The notes under the pieces: model-generated
Databases searched by the model: none
Seen by the model: the letters and a program-made list of their open reading frames with translations, nothing else
What the model was told of the DNA's origin: nothing
Translations under genes and position numbers: made by a program
Source: a phage
Length of the DNA stretch: 64,000 nt
Direction: 5' to 3' (one strand)
Sequence record: PZ452610.1
In this document: piece after piece, positions 61,245 to 64,000 of the stretch
Numbering within the stretch: position 1 is the first letter of the stretch
Layout: each line of letters begins with the position of its first letter

Positions 61245-62144
61245 TTATTCCTCGATTACGACATCTTCATATTTAGGTATATTATACGGTGAAGAAATTA
61301 AAGCATTAAAGTAGATGAACTCACCAAGACCTGGATGAAATACTTCTTCAGGATTTTCGAAATATTGAATCTTCGGACGTCCTTTAAGAATTTGATAGTA
61401 CTCAGTTTTAGTTGGTTTAAAAATTCGAATCAACGCTTCTTCAGGATACTTATTTCTGTCGAAGCTATTATTTGGATCGGTTATATAAAGCGGTTGACCT
61501 AATTGAATTGCGCATTCAACAACTTGTTCAAAACGATAGCATGGGTCACTAATTCGAAATGGATGAAAAATACCATCTAGATGAATAGGAGCCAAATCAC
61601 CTACAAGACGCTGCATGATGGAAGGACGTATAACTTTCTGCGTTACGATAATCTTATTACCATCTGCACCTGCGTTAACCAGCACTTCTTTTTGACGTTC
61701 ATTCAACACAGTAGTTTGAAGTGAACGATTAACCGACAACATATCAGTTTTTAAGAATTCGTCAATATAAAAACGTGGTTTATTAGGGTCTGCAGTGATA
61801 TTGAAATTGAATTCCACATCAAAAGCGCCGTCATATCCAGTGATATCTGTGATTAAAAAATCACAATCATAATAAGCAATTAATGAATCAACAACAAATT
61901 CATTTTCAGACCAGAAATATTTACGAGTGTTATACGCGTTATCTTTATACCATAATGGAACAAACTTAAATTCTGGAAAAAGACGTTCGCATTCTTTAAT
62001 ATCAGATGCATTACGTGGATATGTAATCACATCACCCGGATTAGCACGGTGCAAATGAAGTTGGAAGTTGCCATCCTTAAGGATAGCATACTGTCCAGTT
62101 TCATAAGACCGCATACTCAAGATTGGTACGCGGAAAATAGCCAT
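61245..62144 (-). CDS. hypothetical protein with DxD-like motif (possible GT-A-type transferase)
   Basis: 299 aa; hydrophobic strand then DCD (LIAYYDCDFLITD); occupies the slot where T4 has beta-gt; tightly coupled to flanking genes. Confidence 0.3.
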   Translation of the reverse strand: MAIFRVPILSMRSYETGQYAILKDGNFQLHLHRANPGDVITYPRNASDIKECERLFPEFKFVPLWYKDNAYNTRKYFWSENEFVVDSLIAYYDCDFLITDITGYDGAFDVEFNFNITADPNKPRFYIDEFLKTDMLSVNRSLQTTVLNERQKEVLVNAGADGNKIIVTQKVIRPSIMQRLVGDLAPIHLDGIFHPFRISDPCYRFEQVVECAIQLGQPLYITDPNNSFDRNKYPEEALIRIFKPTKTEYYQILKGRPKIQYFENPEEVFHPGLGEFIYFNALISSPYNIPKYEDVVIEE

Positions 62145-62860
62145 TAGTCAAGGAATCCTTTAACATAATCAAAATCACGTTCAAACACATGGGCACTTAC
62201 CATGGTATGAGTATAATCACCAACTTCTACCCCACATTCGTTAGCGATATAATGAAGTAATTTTCCTTGGAGATAAAAATCCAACTGCATAACAACAGCA
62301 CAGTTCTGAGAACGCATATGACAGTGGGTATAAAGCTTACCATCACGAATATAATAAGTCACTGAGTCAGTACATGGATATTCAAGCGTTTCGTCCGAAT
62401 CAAGCAAAGCCTGATCAGAACTTTCTAGAATTTGGAACACAACTCTTCGAGAGTTAGGCTTCTCTTTAAGTTCTTTTAGAAGAGCTGGTAATTGGGCCGC
62501 AATGCGAGGACCATAGAAAGTGTTGAAGTTCGCCGGCAAAACATCTGATTTTGGTTTAGAAATAAATTTAGCGACATTAGGATATGCCTTAAACGCTTCT
62601 TCTGCGTTGGTACCACCAGAAATCATAAACTTCCAGAAGTCTTCGGCATATTCATAAGAGATGCGGTTAATACGTGGGTCGGTCATTTTGAATGATGATG
62701 GAGTGTCAACAACTACTGTCATAGACCCAATTTCATTACAACGTCCAATACGAGAATCAGTTACGAATTCCGGGTTTTCTAAAATTTCACGATTGACTGC
62801 TTTAAATGCGGTTTGAAAATCTGCGGCTTTGATATATTTCATTGTGTTATGTTTTCCCAT
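62144..62860 (-). CDS. thymidylate-synthase-fold dCMP hydroxymethylase-like enzyme
   Basis: 238 aa; KPNSRRVVFQI, YPCTDS (nucleophile Cys), MRSQN....D signature of TS/dCMP-HMase fold with Asp at the cytosine-specifying position; N-terminal two thirds unlike remembered T4 gp42. Confidence 0.6.
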   Translation of the reverse strand: MGKHNTMKYIKAADFQTAFKAVNREILENPEFVTDSRIGRCNEIGSMTVVVDTPSSFKMTDPRINRISYEYAEDFWKFMISGGTNAEEAFKAYPNVAKFISKPKSDVLPANFNTFYGPRIAAQLPALLKELKEKPNSRRVVFQILESSDQALLDSDETLEYPCTDSVTYYIRDGKLYTHCHMRSQNCAVVMQLDFYLQGKLLHYIANECGVEVGDYTHTMVSAHVFERDFDYVKGFLD

Positions 62861-62902
62861 GTTTACCTCAATACAATTTATTATATACTCAATTCGTAAA
62901 GC

Positions 62903-63142
62903 TTATTTGAATTTCTTGACAATGTTGATATAACGTAAAGCTTCAGCATCGATACTTCCAAGAACACTATGAAGAAATGCATCAGCGTAGTATTCCAATT
63001 GAACAGGTTCTTTAATCACTTTAGCCGCTTTAGTTTCAAACAGGCCCATCAGGGCCTTTTTAAGAATTTGTTCGTTGCTGTTAATTTTCATAGTCAAAAT
63101 CTCTTCATTAAGTTGGTGGTTAAAAGTTTTTCTAGAAATCAT
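62903..63142 (-). CDS. hypothetical protein
   Basis: 79 aa ORF between U32-like and TS-fold genes. Confidence 0.45.
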   Translation of the reverse strand: MISRKTFNHQLNEEILTMKINSNEQILKKALMGLFETKAAKVIKEPVQLEYYADAFLHSVLGSIDAEALRYINIVKKFK

Positions 63143-64000
63143 TCCGGGTACCTCAAAGCGTCATCAGAGTTAGTTATATCAATAATAGATATAGAGTTTT
63201 CTGCTAACCCGTTTTTAGATAATTGACGTTTATAATATCTTTCACAATATGTACACGTCGTCCCGCAGATTTCATTAGCACAATCGAAATCTGGATGTCT
63301 GAACCACCTTTTTTCTAAAAAGCCATCTAACAAAGAGGTTTCAATATTTACTGTATGTGAAAACTCAGTTTCGTTTTCAAGAGTGAAAATAGTCTCTAAA
63401 GGCTTCCACAGTTCTAACAAATTACCTTCAAACTTTTCAGAAGCGTATGCTTCAAGAACTTTCAAAATGTAGTCTGTGCTACCTGTACGTCCTGAAACTT
63501 TGAATTGAGTGATACCAATATCATTATAAAGTTTCAAATCTTGAGGACGAACAAAACGAGTTCTCAACCAGTTAAATGGGTCTGTATCACGAGCTTTAAT
63601 ACAGTGCTGCATAGGATATCCGTTTAAGGATTTAGCATCATCAGCTGTAACATCAGTACTATGGAAAATATAGCAAGAGTCACGATAGCTACAATGTGTT
63701 GTATACCCTTTACCAGCATTAGAACAGAACTCATTTACAAGAACTTCAAATATTATATTGTTCTTATTGCAAAACTCTGCTGCACGCTTCAGGAAAGAAA
63801 CTGAACGGTTCTTATGAATTCCACAGCAGACCTTTTTGATATTATACTGGTCATGCAAGTATTTGATTTGAGTTACAGCATCGACATGTAGAATTGTTGA
63901 AACTTCAATCTCAATGTCTTTATTGACTTCACGAACAATTTCCATAACAACAGGGTTAGCGATAGTAATACGCCATACGCCTATTGACCAAAGATACTGA
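63139..64000 (-). CDS. U32-peptidase-family protein (RlhA/TrhP/UbiU-like Fe-S enzyme), C-terminal part; gene continues past window end
   Basis: frame open to position 64000; FEVLVNEFCSNAGKGYTTHCSYRDSC (C-x10-C-x4-C) and DIGITQFKVSGRTGSTDYILKVLEAY (KIEGR-like) resemble U32 core; extra C-terminal CxxxCxxxCxxC. Confidence 0.5.
   Translation of the reverse strand, partial: QYLWSIGVWRITIANPVVMEIVREVNKDIEIEVSTILHVDAVTQIKYLHDQYNIKKVCCGIHKNRSVSFLKRAAEFCNKNNIIFEVLVNEFCSNAGKGYTTHCSYRDSCYIFHSTDVTADDAKSLNGYPMQHCIKARDTDPFNWLRTRFVRPQDLKLYNDIGITQFKVSGRTGSTDYILKVLEAYASEKFEGNLLELWKPLETIFTLENETEFSHTVNIETSLLDGFLEKRWFRHPDFDCANEICGTTCTYCERYYKRQLSKNGLAENSISIIDITNSDDALRYPE

Overview
The window is a contiguous stretch of a T4-like (T-even, Straboviridae) enterobacterial phage genome, AT-rich and almost gene-saturated. 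Roughly 1-18610 and 28996-64000 are early/middle genes on the minus strand in T4 order: rIII, 31, cd, pseT, rnlA, denA, nrdB, nrdA, td, frd, 32, 59, 33, dsbA, rnh, then asiA, motA, 52, ndd, rIIB, rIIA, fused topoisomerase 39, dexA, dda, modB, modA, soc, 56, 61, sp, 41, 40, uvsX. Between them, 18714-28995 is the plus-strand late long-tail-fiber block 34-35-36-37-38 plus holin t. Protein identifications rest on my recollection of T4 sequences and on motifs read from the translations; no database search was possible. Regulatory signals are dense and legible: about 24 T4-type early promoters (GTTTAC -35, 17-18 bp, TAnnnT -10), six TATAAATA late promoters, several MotA-box middle promoter candidates, and a family of GGGAGAC-UUCG-GUCUCCC hairpin terminators. 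Presence of alc-like, denA, 56 (dCTPase) and a TS-fold dCMP-hydroxymethylase-like gene implies modified cytosine DNA. The most interesting content is what departs from T4: (1) a block upstream of uvsX (60695-64000) encoding a Tmk-like kinase, a DxD-motif protein, a divergent TS-fold enzyme and a U32-family Fe-S enzyme that runs off the window edge, which looks like a nucleotide or DNA hypermodification module; (2) a full-length AroG-type DAHP synthase next to cd; (3) a GT-B-like glycosyltransferase between rIIA and 39. No introns, homing endonucleases, tRNAs or CRISPR arrays were seen. The supplied ORF track over-extends several starts (some are TTG) and misses genes under 60 aa.
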